From assembly GCA_000388065.2 (NCBI GenBank), contig KB932206.1: a stretch of 49,747 nucleotides of DNA; one strand, 5' to 3'. The DNA comes from Fonticula alba ATCC 38817 (Eukaryota > Protista > Nucleariida). A program made the translations under genes and the position numbers. Below, one piece after another: positions 1 to 10,315 of this stretch. Within the stretch, counting starts at the first letter, position 1. Each line of letters starts with the position of its first letter. The notes below the pieces were generated by a model, which worked only from the letters and a program-made list of their open reading frames with translations, ran no database searches and was not told the DNA's origin.

Positions 1-2656
1 GGAAACACGGCCTGGCCCCGGGCGAATGGCAGCACGCGATGGTGGCAAGCACCCTCTCCGGTGCCGGGCCTTACGCCACGCCATGCTTTGCCTGCCAATT
101 GCTGTCTCGGCACGGGCGCCCCCGTCCGACGGCGGCTGCGACACACAGACAGTCGAGTCGTCGGCCGAGGGGGCGGGCTCCGGTACCATGGTCTCCAGCA
201 TGGTGCCCTCCGGCTGGATGGGCTGCTCCAGCAGGAGCGGCGCGGGGCGGGGGGCGCGGGAGGCGGGGGGGGAGGGGTTGGGCGGCGGGGGGGCGGGGGG
301 ACGGGGGGGGGGGGGGGGCAGCCAGGTACATGGCACGCACATTGCCGGTGCCGTGGCACTGGTTGACGTGGGATTGCTGGGTGCCCCGGCGCCGGGGGCG
401 GCATCGGTCGGCAAGGTGCCCGGAGAGCCCGGTGCCGCCCATGCCGGGGCCCCGGCCGGCTGGCACCATGACCAGGCCAGTGCATTGAACGTGGCATCCA
501 GGACCAGGCCGCCGCGCGGGCCGAGCGGCACGACATGCGGATCGTCCTCCTCATTGTAGAAGCCATTCAGCAGGGTCGCCGGGGGCAGGGGAGCCGGCTG
601 GGCCCCGGGCCCCGGGACCCGGGTGCGCAGGGACAGGGAGCTTCCCACTCCGGGGTCCCCGCGCCAGGACACCAGGTATGTGTGAACTCGGCCACATCGT
701 GTCTGTGTCGAGAGGGAGCAGAGGCAGCAGAGGCAGCAGAGGGGTCAGCCTTCGGATATCATGAAATACGGGACGCAAGATAGGGGGGAGCCCAGTGTAC
801 GACACACCAGCACAGACACCGGGCAGATGGAGTCGCTGAGGCCACTGGGATGGACGGCCACCACCCCGGTGAAGGAGTTTTCTTCGGCGCCCGGCTGGAG
901 CCCAGGCACCCCGGAGAAGCTGGCGCCCGTCGAGGAGGACAGATGGATGGCATCTTCAGGGGAGATGGGGCGGGGTGGGGGTGGGGGGGNNNNNNNNNNN
1001 NNNNNNNNNNNNNNNNNNNNNNNNNNNNNNNNNNNNNNNNNNNNNNNNNNNNNNNNNNNNNNNNNNNNNNNNNNNNNNNNNNNNAGAAAGAGAGAGAAAG
1101 AGAGAGAAAGAGAGAGAAAGAGAGAGAAAGAGAGAGAAAGAGAGAGAAAGAGAGAGAAAGAGAGAGAAAGAGAGAGAAAAAGAGAGAAAGAGAGAAAGAC
1201 AGAGAAAGAGAGAAGCGGATGCTGTGGACATTGAAGTAAGAGCACGCAGGGCTGGCACATACACTCGGCTGCTCGTCCACCAGGGCCACCAAAACTACGA
1301 CCCAGGAAATGGCCGGCGGATAGAAGGGCGATGAGCCCGGCAGTGAGCCGGCCCCCGTTGGGGGTGCGTCCTCCGGCCGGGTGGACGGCGTGCGCTCCGG
1401 GCCCGGGCCGTCTGATGCAGACCCCGGGCCGGGCCCCGCGAGGGGTGTCCCGGCGCCCGAGCTCACGCACCGGGGATCCCGGACGAACACCGGCGCCGCC
1501 AGGACCCGGATGCGGCGCTCCTGCGAGTCGCTGGAAAAGCGTCGCCAGGTCCCGGAAGAGAAGCCCACCGGCTCACTCGGCCCGGCGATGTACACCACCA
1601 GGCCACCACGCACCCCGGTAAAGCACAGGGCCCGCCCATCCGGCGACAGGGCCACATGCTGCGACGGGGCGTCAGCACGGAGAAGGTCAGCCCCATCGGC
1701 CGGCGCGAGGGGACAAGAAGCACGCCCGGTGCCCGGGGCAAATGGCCGCGCGCACCTGAATCGGCCCGCATGAGTCGTCGAAGGAGGCCGGCAGGGGCGG
1801 GCATTCCCACACCTGGCAGGGGGAGGGCGGCACGGTCGAGGGGGCCAGCTCCGCCCCGCGGCAGAGGAACTCCCGGATGGCGGCCCCGCCGCCGGCCGTG
1901 TGGGGCAAAAGCCCGCCCCCGGTGAGCTCGACATCCGCCAGGCCGGACGTGCAGGACAGCGGCTCCTGCCAGCCGGTGAACACCAGGTACCCGCCGCCCG
2001 GGCGCGACACCACGGCCGACCTGGTGGCCAGGGTGGCCTGCGGCACGGTCCACGCCACCGGGAGGATGTGCTGGCGTCCGTCGCCCGCCACCAGCGACAG
2101 GCCAGCCGCCCCGGCCGGCTGCAGGGCCGCCTCGGCGCCGAGCACCTGGCCCTCGGGCCCCCGGTGCAGGTACCGCACCGGCGTCAGGGCCAGCAGCGAG
2201 TGCGAGCCATTCCAAAAGAGGGCGTCCTGCCCGGGCAGCACCCCGGGCGTCGGGGGGCAATACAGGCAGACGCCGGGCAGCCCCGGCGGCCCGTCAGGCC
2301 CGCCACCGCCGCCATCGAGGGCCTTCTGCGGCAGCGCCGGGCGCAGGCAGGCCGACAGCAGGGCCGTGTTGACGCGCTGCCGGGGGAGCGGCTCTTCCGG
2401 CCCGGCAATCGAGACAGACCAAATGCTGACCGCCCCGCCAAGGTGCCCGACCAGCAGCACCACCGGGCTGTCGGCACGCGCGGCCGACATCAGCGACACA
2501 TGGGCCGGCGGCGGGGCGCTGAAGGCCAGCGAGGTGATGCATGCCGCCAGCTTGTCTGCAAGGGGTGTGCACGCGGCGGGCCGGCCCACGCGCGACGAGG
2601 CAAGAGCGGGGCATGTGAGCGAAGGGGCGTGCATGTGCAGGCGTGCGCGCATCCGG

Positions 2657-2695
<39 letters not shown>

Positions 2696-4547
2696 CCATG
2701 GCAAGGGCCGCAAGCAGGAGACAGGCTGCACAGGGGGGAGAGGGGGGCATGGCCCACGCACCGACTCCGGGCAGGCGGTCCTCGGCGCCCGGGTTGCCCG
2801 ACAGGGCAGTCAGAGTGACGCCATTCGGCCCGCCAGGATCTCGGCGGAACCCGGCCACAAGCAGCCCGGGCAGGGTCTCGGCCCCCAGGACGGTGGCCGT
2901 GTCGCGCCAGCTCAGCCGGCCGACCGAGTCCAGCGGCCGGCCTCGGCATCGAGGCCGCGCGTCGACCCCGGGCGACTCGGCCACGGCCGACCCCGGCGGC
3001 GATGTGTCCGCCGTGTCGGGAGGCTGCGCGGTGGCGCCCGCGGCCGGGGGTGGTGCCCGGGTCGCCGGCGGCCGGGGCTGCGACTCGACCCCGGCGCCGG
3101 GCCCCGGCTCCGGGCCGCTGGCGAAGCCGAAAGAATTGGCCGCCCGGCCGACCGGGCCCGGGGCCGCGCCCGCGCCCAGGCCCTCGGCCTCGCCCGGGGA
3201 CAGGGGGTAGAATGGTGACGCGCCGGGGGCCGAGGAATCGGGCGAGGCCGCCTCGGCGATGGGCAGCGGTTCCAGGCAGCCCACCTCCGAGCAGCACCCC
3301 TCGGCAAGCCCGGTCCCCGGACAGCCCAGCTCCCCGGAAAAGCTCCACCGATAGGCCAATGCATCGCCGCTGGGGAACACAGGCGGCGTCAGGACACAGG
3401 TGGTAAAGGAGTCGCCCCGCCCCCCCTCCCCCCCTCTGAACAGGCCACTACTGGCGGTCGCCGTCCGAGTGTGACCGGGTACGCACCACGACAGGCCGAC
3501 AATCAGCAGACCCGAGGGCGCGAGTGCCAGGCGCGTGGGCCGGCCCTCGGCCGAGCGCGGCAGTTGACACCGAAAGGCCCGCCGCAGGACCGGCCCCGGG
3601 GGCAAGTGCGCAGTGCCCAGGTACTCGAGCTCCGTGCTGCTGGCCGGGCCGTCAGCACGCCCAGCCGAGGCACTTTCCTCCCCCTCGCCATCGAGCCCGA
3701 GCAGGCCACGGCGGAGCCAGCCCAGCAGCCCCGGCGAGGAGGACCCAGCCCCGGCGGGCCCCGACGAGCCCCGGCGGCCGGGCCAGCTCCCATACGCCCC
3801 CTCGTCATCGTCATCATCGCCGGAGGACAGGTCCGCGAAGAGCAGCCAGGCGGAATGCGGCCCGGCCAGGGCCAGGACCAGGCGGTCCCATGTCGGACAG
3901 AAGGCCAGCCCGGCGGCCAGGTGCCCGCCGCCGCCGCCGCCGCCCCCGGCACCGGCACCGGCAGTTGGCACCAGGTGTGGTGGGATGACCATCGGGGCCT
4001 GGAGCTGCCGGCCGGTGCGCCAGTCCAGCAGGTAGAGCCGCCAGAGCTCCGGCACATCGGGCGTCTGCGCCAGCACCCCGAGGAAGGGCTCACAGGGAAG
4101 GAGAAGCCTGCGGTTGCACGGTCAGTCAGTGGTCGACGCGGCGCGCGGGCGCGAGACGGGGGGGGGGGGGGGGGGGGGGGGGGGGAGGTGCGCGACAAGG
4201 GGAGGTGACCCACCAAAATGGCCGATTTCGGCTCCGGGAGGCGGATCCGGCCTCGTGGGGGCCGGAGGGAAGGAGTGCCTGCGCGCGGGCCCGGCCGCGC
4301 CGGACGGCCAGGCAGGCGGCCCGGTCAAGGCCACGCGCACACAGCCACCAGTGAAGCCGCCGCCGCCGGTGGCTCCATCAACGGCATTGCTCCAGAGGGA
4401 CAGGCTCCCCGAGGTGACGGTCACCCAGAGCCCAGGCCGGATGGGGGCCGCGGCCACCACGGCCCCCTGGCCGCAGCCCAGCGGGACCGGGCCCGGGCAG
4501 CTGGCGATGCCAGGCGCCACGGCCGGGGCTCCGTCGAACCAGACCAT
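1..4547 (-). CDS. RIC1: RIC1-like WD40/beta-propeller protein (Ric1-Rgp1 Rab6/Ypt6 GEF subunit); multi-exon, 3'-partial
   Basis: ATG at 4547 (MVWFDGAP...GLWVTVTSGSLSLWSN) resembles the fungal Ric1 N-terminus (MYWPIGTP...LFAVIT.TSMTIWQ). The exon near 1680-1260 has PSQHVALSPDGRALCFTGVRGGLVVY...GTWRRFSSDSQERRIRV, resembling the RIC1 block PIRFSAID..G..IAV.G..G.AHY...KWKLFGN..QEQ.M.V. The exon near 700-330 has GRVHTYLVSW...PHVVPLGPRGGLVLDA, resembling the start of the RIC1 C-terminal region. An acceptor CAG at 4110-4108 follows a CTGAC branch site. Approximate exons: 4547-~4340, 4107-~2770, ~2600-~1815, ~1680-~1262, ~960-~800, ~702-~320. The remaining C-terminus lies left of the window. Confidence 0.72.
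1085..1195. repeat. (GAGAGAGAAA)n 10-bp tandem repeat inside a RIC1 intron, running into gap 990-1084
   Basis: About 10 visible copies of agagagaaag. Confidence 0.9.
2657..2694. repeat. (GCCA)n tetranucleotide microsatellite in a RIC1 intron
   Basis: gccagccagccagcc... about 9 copies. A related (GCAG)n tract occurs at ~23564-23594 in an E-Syt intron. Confidence 0.85.
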
Positions 4548-6907
4548 TGCCCTGGGGCAGCGCGGGGCAGCGGAGGGGGGAGAGGGACAAAGGACGGGGC
4601 AGGCGAAAGAGTGGGGCGGGGGGGGGGNNNNNNNNNNNNNNNNNNNNNNNNNNNNNNNNNNNNNNNNNNNNNNNNNNNNNNNNNNNNNNNNNNNNNNNNN
4701 NNNNNNNNNNNNNNNNNNNNNNNNNNNNNNNNNNNNNNNNNNNNNNNNNNNNNNNNNNNNNNNNNNNNNNNNNNNNNNNNNNNNNNNNNNNNNNNNNNNN
4801 NNNNNNNNNNNNNNNNNNNNNNNNNNNNNNNNNNNNNNNNNNNNNNNNNNNNNNNNNNNNNNNNNNNNNNNNNNNNNNNNNNNNNNNNNNNNNNNNNNNN
4901 NNNNNNNNNNNNNNNNNNNNNNNNNNNNNNNNNNNNNNNNNNNNNNNNNNNNNNNNNNNNNNNNNNNNNNNNNNNNNNNNNNNNNNNNNNNNNNNNNNNN
5001 NNNNNNNNNNNNNNNNNNNNNNNNNNNNNNNNNNNNNNNNNNNNNNNNNNNNNNNNNNNNNNNNNNNNNNNNNNNNNNNNNNNNNNNNNNNNNNNNNNNN
5101 NNNNNNNNNNNNNNNNNNNNNNNNNNNNNNNNNNNNNNNNNNNNNNNNNNNNNNNNNNNNNNNNNNNNNNNNNNNNNNNNNNNNNNNNNNNNNNNNNNNN
5201 NNNNNNNNNNNNNNNNNNNNNNNNNNNNNNNNNNNNNNNNNNNNNNNNNNNNNNNNNNNNNNNNNNNNNNNNNNNNNNNNNNNNNNNNNNNNNNNNNNNN
5301 NNNNNNNNNNNNNNNNNNNNNNNNNNNNNNNNNNNNNNNNNNNNNNNNNNNNNNNNNNNNNNCCCCCCCCCCAGCATCCCCCAATCACCAGGCCGAGGTA
5401 CCCCTCGATCGATTGGTCCGCGGGCCCAATCGCCAAGACGCCCCCTGCCTGGCACACATCCCGACGGATCACACCCGCCACCCTCGCCAGGCCAGGAAGG
5501 CCGCAGACAGCACCGACCAAGGGGGAGGGAGGGGGCGGGGCGGCAGGACAGATCATTAATTCGCCGGATGCCGACGCATCAAGCTGTCAGGCCGCCCGCC
5601 GGGGCAGATCCACTGACCCGGGAAACATGTGCCCGGGTGCCAATGCACCGGACCCAGCCTCCTCCCGACTCTCTGGCCGCGCCCTTGTCAGGCCCGTGCA
5701 GGCCTCCCTCCCTGGGCCTCTTTTCGCCCCTCTCCCCGGGCTAGTGCTTTGGGCTCCAGCCGGGGCTTCTTCTGGCTCCGTGCTCAGGCAAATCGCCCCA
5801 GGTGATCCTCCCCCCCATCCCCTGCCTCTCTCCTCCCTCCTGCCGCCACCTTTTCCCATCGCCCTTCTCCCTCTGCACCGGCCACCCTCCGCCCCCTTGC
5901 CTGCTGCCCNNNNNNNNNNNNNNNNNNNNNNNNNNNNNNNNNNNNNNNNNNNNNNNNNNNNNNNNNNNNNNNNNNNNNNNNNNNNNNNNNNNNNNNNNNN
6001 NNNNNNNNNNNNNNNNNNNNNNNNNNNNNNNNNNNNNNNNNNNNNNNNNNNNNNNNNNNNNNNNNNNNNNNNNNNNNNNNNNNNNNNNNNNNNNNNNNNN
6101 NNNNNNNNNNNNNNNNNNNNNNNNNNNNNNNNNNNNNNNNNNNNNNNNNNNNNNNNNNNNNNNNNNNNNNNNNNNNNNNNNNNNNNNNNNNNNNNNNNNN
6201 NNNNNNNNNNNNNNNNNNNNNNNNNNNNNNNNNNNNNNNNNNNNNNNNNNNNNNNNNNNNNNNNNNNNNNNNNNNNNNNNNNNNNNNNNNNNNNNNNNNN
6301 NNNNNNNNNNNNNNNNNNNNNNNNNNNNNNNNNNNNNNNNNNNNNNNNNNNNNNNNNNNNNNNNNNNNNNNNNNNNNNNNNNNNNNNNNNNNNNNNNNNN
6401 NNNNNNNNNNNNNNNNNNNNNNNNNNNNNNNNNNNNNNNNNNNNNNNNNNNNNNNNNNNNNNNNNNNNNNNNNNNNNNNNNNNNNNNNNNNNNNNNNNNN
6501 NNNNNNNNNNNNNNNNNNNNNNNNNNNNNNNNNNNNNNNNNNNNNNNNNNNNNNNNNNNNNNNNNNNNNNNNNNNNNNNNNNNNNNNNNNNNNNNNNNNN
6601 NNNNNNNNNNNNNNNNNNNNNNNNNNNNNNNNNNNNNNNNNNNNNNNNNNNNNNNNNNNNNNNNNNNNNNNNNNNNNNNNNNNNNNNNNNNNNNNNNNNN
6701 NNNNNNNNNNNNNNNNNNNNNNNNNNNNNNNNNNNNNNNNNNNNNNNNNNNNNNNNNNNNNNNNNNNNNNNNNNNNNNNNNNNNNNNNNNNNNNNNNNNN
6801 NNNNNNNNNNNNNNNNNNNNNNNNNNNNNNNNNNNNNNNNNNNNNNNNNNNNNNNNNNNNNNCCCCCTGCCCTCACACGTCTGCCATTGCCCTCCCCCCT
6901 CGAACAG

Positions 6908-7930
6908 GACTCCTTCGACCCCTGCCAGACGCCCACGCAATCCCTCGGCCCGGTGCCCACGCGCGACACCGATGGGCACTTCTGCCTGGCTTGGAGCCCC
7001 TCGCGCTCCGGGGCCTCGGTCCTGGCGGTCGGCTGCCAGCGGGAGAACTGTGTGAAGGTACATCGTCGTCCCCCCGCCCACCCCCGATGCTGTGCGCGTG
7101 GTCTCCCGCTCACCAGGTGTCTCCCGGTCCCCCCCTGCCACCGCCACCCGGGCGCGTGTCCTCCTCTCGTCGGCTGCCCTGTCGCCGCCCTCCCTGCCGC
7201 GGGCACGCAGCTCTTCACCTACGTCGAGAACCTCCGCAAGTGGGAGCACATCGCCAGCCTGGCCCACACGGCGGCCGTCAATGACCTGGCCTGGGCGCCG
7301 GAAATCGGCCGCACGCACAACCTCCTGGCCACATGCAGCCGCGATGGCCGGGTACGCATCTGGCGCGTTCCGCTGGCTCTGGAGCCGGCGGCCGCTGGCG
7401 GGCTGCTGGAGCCGGCGGCCGGGGCCGCGCGGCCGCGGTCCCCCCCGGCGGCCGGGGCCCCGCAGATCACCGTCCAGGCCTCGGTCCCGGCCTTCCCATG
7501 CACCCTGGCCGATGATGAGGGGGCCCTTTCCACCATCTATCCCCTGCTGGACGACGTGCACTCGGCCGGGCAGTCTGTCTGGCGGGTGTCCTGGAATCTG
7601 ACCGGCACCACGCTGGCCTCCTCCGGGGACAACGGCTGCGTGCGCCTGTATGGCTGTGCGTGCTTGCTTCCCCCCTCTGCCCCGCTCCCCTGTGATGTCT
7701 TGCCCCGCAGCGGGCCATGCCCCCTCTGTCGTCGCGTGACCGGGGGCAAGACATTTGGCCAGTGAGCTGCGCCTACTAACCCCGTGCACTGGTGGCCCCC
7801 CTTTTGGTGGCTGCCTCCCCCCCCCCCCCGCCCCCCAGCCAACCTCCTCGGTCGGTGGACCTGCTTCAATGTGCTGGCCTCGACATCGACCTCGCGCCCG
7901 GCGAGCGAGTTGATCCCCTTCCGCACGTGA
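6908..7930 (+). CDS. SEH1: Nucleoporin / SEA-GATOR2 subunit SEH1 (WD40); visible exons 6908-7057, 7211-7655, 7839-7930; 5' part not visible
   Basis: The spliced product reads HFCLAWSPSR...LAVG...K|LFTYVENLRKW...VNDLAWAPEIGRTHNLLATCSRDGRVRIW...[40 protein letters not shown]. This matches SEH1 signatures (FCLSW.PSR, I.FAP..GR....LA, [26 protein letters not shown].AN....W.C). GT-AG introns are 7058-7210 and 7656-7838, the latter with a TACTAAC branch at 7774-7780. Stop TGA is at 7928-7930. About 165 N-terminal aa are missing and probably lie in gap 5910-6862. Confidence 0.92.
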
Positions 7931-10315
7931 CGCGGCCCCCGATGGGCGCAGATCACGCCGGACCATAATCGAGTCATCCCCCTACATGGCGCGTGTGCCT
8001 GTTCGTCGATGCTTGCGAGAGCGAGCCCCCTGAAGGGCGCGCAGGCCCTCGTAGAGCCTGGGCGGCTGTGCGCGCGCGCGCGCGTGCTGGCGCCTTTTTC
8101 GTGCGATTTTATTTTATTTTTTTTCAAAATACGAGACGGCGACTCCGAGACACCGAGAAGCTCGTAGGATGGGCGTATTGTTTTTTCGTCACTCTACGAG
8201 AGGGGCTGGCAGAACGAGAGCAAGTATCAGCTTCATGACCCGAGCGAACATGGGATGCACGAAATGGTGAGCCGGGCGAAGGCGGTAGTAACCCGGGGGG
8301 GGGGGGGGGGGGGGNNNNNNNNNNNNNNNNNNNNNNNNNNNNNNNNNNNNNNNNNNNNNNNNNNNNNNNNNNNNNNNNNNNNNNNNNNNNNNNNNNNNNN
8401 NNNNNNNNNNNNNNNNNNNNNNNNNNNNNNNNNNNNNNNNNNNNNNNNNNNNNNNNNNNNNNNNNNNNNNNNNNNNNNNNNNNNNNNNNNNNNNNNNNNN
8501 NNNNNNNNNNNNNNNNNNNNNGCGGGGAAACGGCGGTGGGCGGCCGGAGGGAATAAAAGCCCGGAATAAATAGTAGCTCATTTAAGTGGAACCCTCCGGC
8601 GATCGCACATTTCCCCCTACCGGTCTGCACCGGGGCCTGAGGCGCTCTGGAGAGCCCGAGGCAGGATTCTGGGACTGTGGTGACTGAAGGGTTGGCTGTT
8701 GGCAGATAGCATATGCGCGACGCTTGGCGGGCCGTCCCGCGCCCCTGACCCTGTGGTGGCACTCCATCCCCCCGCCATGAGCGCGCCATCTGGCCGGCCG
8801 GTGTACCTGGCAGATTGGCCGGGGACCCGGTCCTCGGCGTTACCGACCCGTTACCGGTGTTTCAATCTGCGGCGGTGGATTTCCCCCCCCCCCTGGGGGC
8901 CCGGCTCCCGCCCGCTGCCCGGGGGTGTACTCTTACGAGGCGGCCCTCGAATGACCCACTGCCCAATGCATCGGCGACACGATCGCCGTCTCACGGGGAC
9001 CGGTTCGGAGGGAGAAGCACCCGGCGCCGCGGTGCAATGACACGGCCGGGCGCGGTTGCTCGGGGTCGGGCCGCGCCGGCCTTCATCGGCGGGCGGTGCA
9101 TCAGGCCGCCCGCCGGCCCGGCAGGGGGGGGGGGCCGGGGCGAGCAGCAACGCCGGCGGTACCAATGGGTCAGCACGCTGCGGTGGCTTTGAAAGCCCGG
9201 CCCGCGGGAGCCCGGCCCCGGGTGGCCCAGATCGCGCCTGGCCCCGGAGCCAAATCCAGGGCAGCCTCAAGGCACCGGGGTGCACCTGCCTTCGCCCTCC
9301 TCGCCCCTTCCGGCGCCGGACAGGGGCCCGACGTATGGTTGTGCTCGGGCGTGGGGCAGCCCGGCGGGAAGAACCGCACACGGGTCGGATCGATCGGGCA
9401 TCATGTGTATTTGCGTGCGTGTGGGGCTTTCCCCTGGGGGGCGCCGGCTGGCGGCCAAGCTCGGGCCCCCCCGCCGGACGGAGGTTGCCCCGCTCGCAGA
9501 TCCCCGCGCCTGGCCGGGGAACGACTTTGTTTGTAGTCCGTATGTTTGTGTTCTTTCGCCCGGTGGCCCTGCGGCGCCCCGCAACCGGCCGCCCGTTTGA
9601 CCGGGTCATCCCTGCCTCCTGAGCTCGCCCGGCGAGGGACCCTGTTCCTTGGGGCGGTTTCCGGCGGCCCGCCTCCTGGCCGCTCGTCATCCTGCGGCTG
9701 CCCCGCAGCGCCGGGTCAATCCATGCCCGATCGCCCTGCCCCTCGGGGCCCGCAGATCGCCCGCTCCATGCCGGCCCGGTGCCTGGGGGTGTTCCTCACC
9801 CCCGGGGGCGGTATGCCGGCGGCCTTGGAGCCACTCGGCGAGCATCCGGCTGATGGTCTGCACGCCGGCTGCAGCCCGCTGCCGATCCCTCCCCCCCCNN
9901 NNNNNNNNNNNNNNNNNNNNNNNNNNNNNNNNNNNNNNNNNNNNNNNNNNNNNNNNNNNNNNNNNNNNNNNNNNNNNNNNNNNNNNNNNNNNNNNNNNNN
10001 NNNNNNNNNNNNNNNNNNNNNNNNNNNNNNNNNNNNNNNNNNNNNNNNNNNNNNNNNNNNNNNNNNNNNNNNNNNNNNNNNNNNNNNNNNNNNNNNNNNN
10101 NNNNNNNNNNNNNNNNNNNNNNNNNNNNNNNNNNNNNNNNNNNNNNNNNNNNNNNNNNNNNNNNNNNNNNNNNNNNNNNNNNNNNNNNNNNNNNNNNNNN
10201 NNNNNNNNNNNNNNNNNNNNNNNNNNNNNNNNNNNNNNNNNNNNTCCCCCCCTCCCCCGGCCCAAAGACACACACACACACACACACTCACACACCACCC
10301 ATGCGCGCCATGTAG

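Noticed and set aside
761-1334. RE/KE-rich 'coiled-coil' ORFs
   Set aside because: These are translations of the (GAGAGAGAAA)n intronic repeat.
6908-7930. SEC13 instead of SEH1
   Set aside because: FCLAWSPSR, WAPEIGRTHNLLAT and [23 protein letters not shown] fit SEH1 better. SEC13 has WVRDVAWAP and VSGGDNKV..W.
4114-7966. Very long ORFs spanning N-gaps (e.g. 4547-7765, 5741-7966; likewise 9546-14099, 9687-12515)
   Set aside because: Their length is an artefact of translating Ns and reading through introns. Only the motif-bearing segments were used.
8124-9690. Small gene between SEH1 and the MORN gene (ORFs 8189-8581, 8851-9690, 9056-9622)
   Set aside because: No recognisable motif or convincing splice pattern. 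More likely 3'UTR, promoter or 5' region, with AATAAA twice near 8552-8571.
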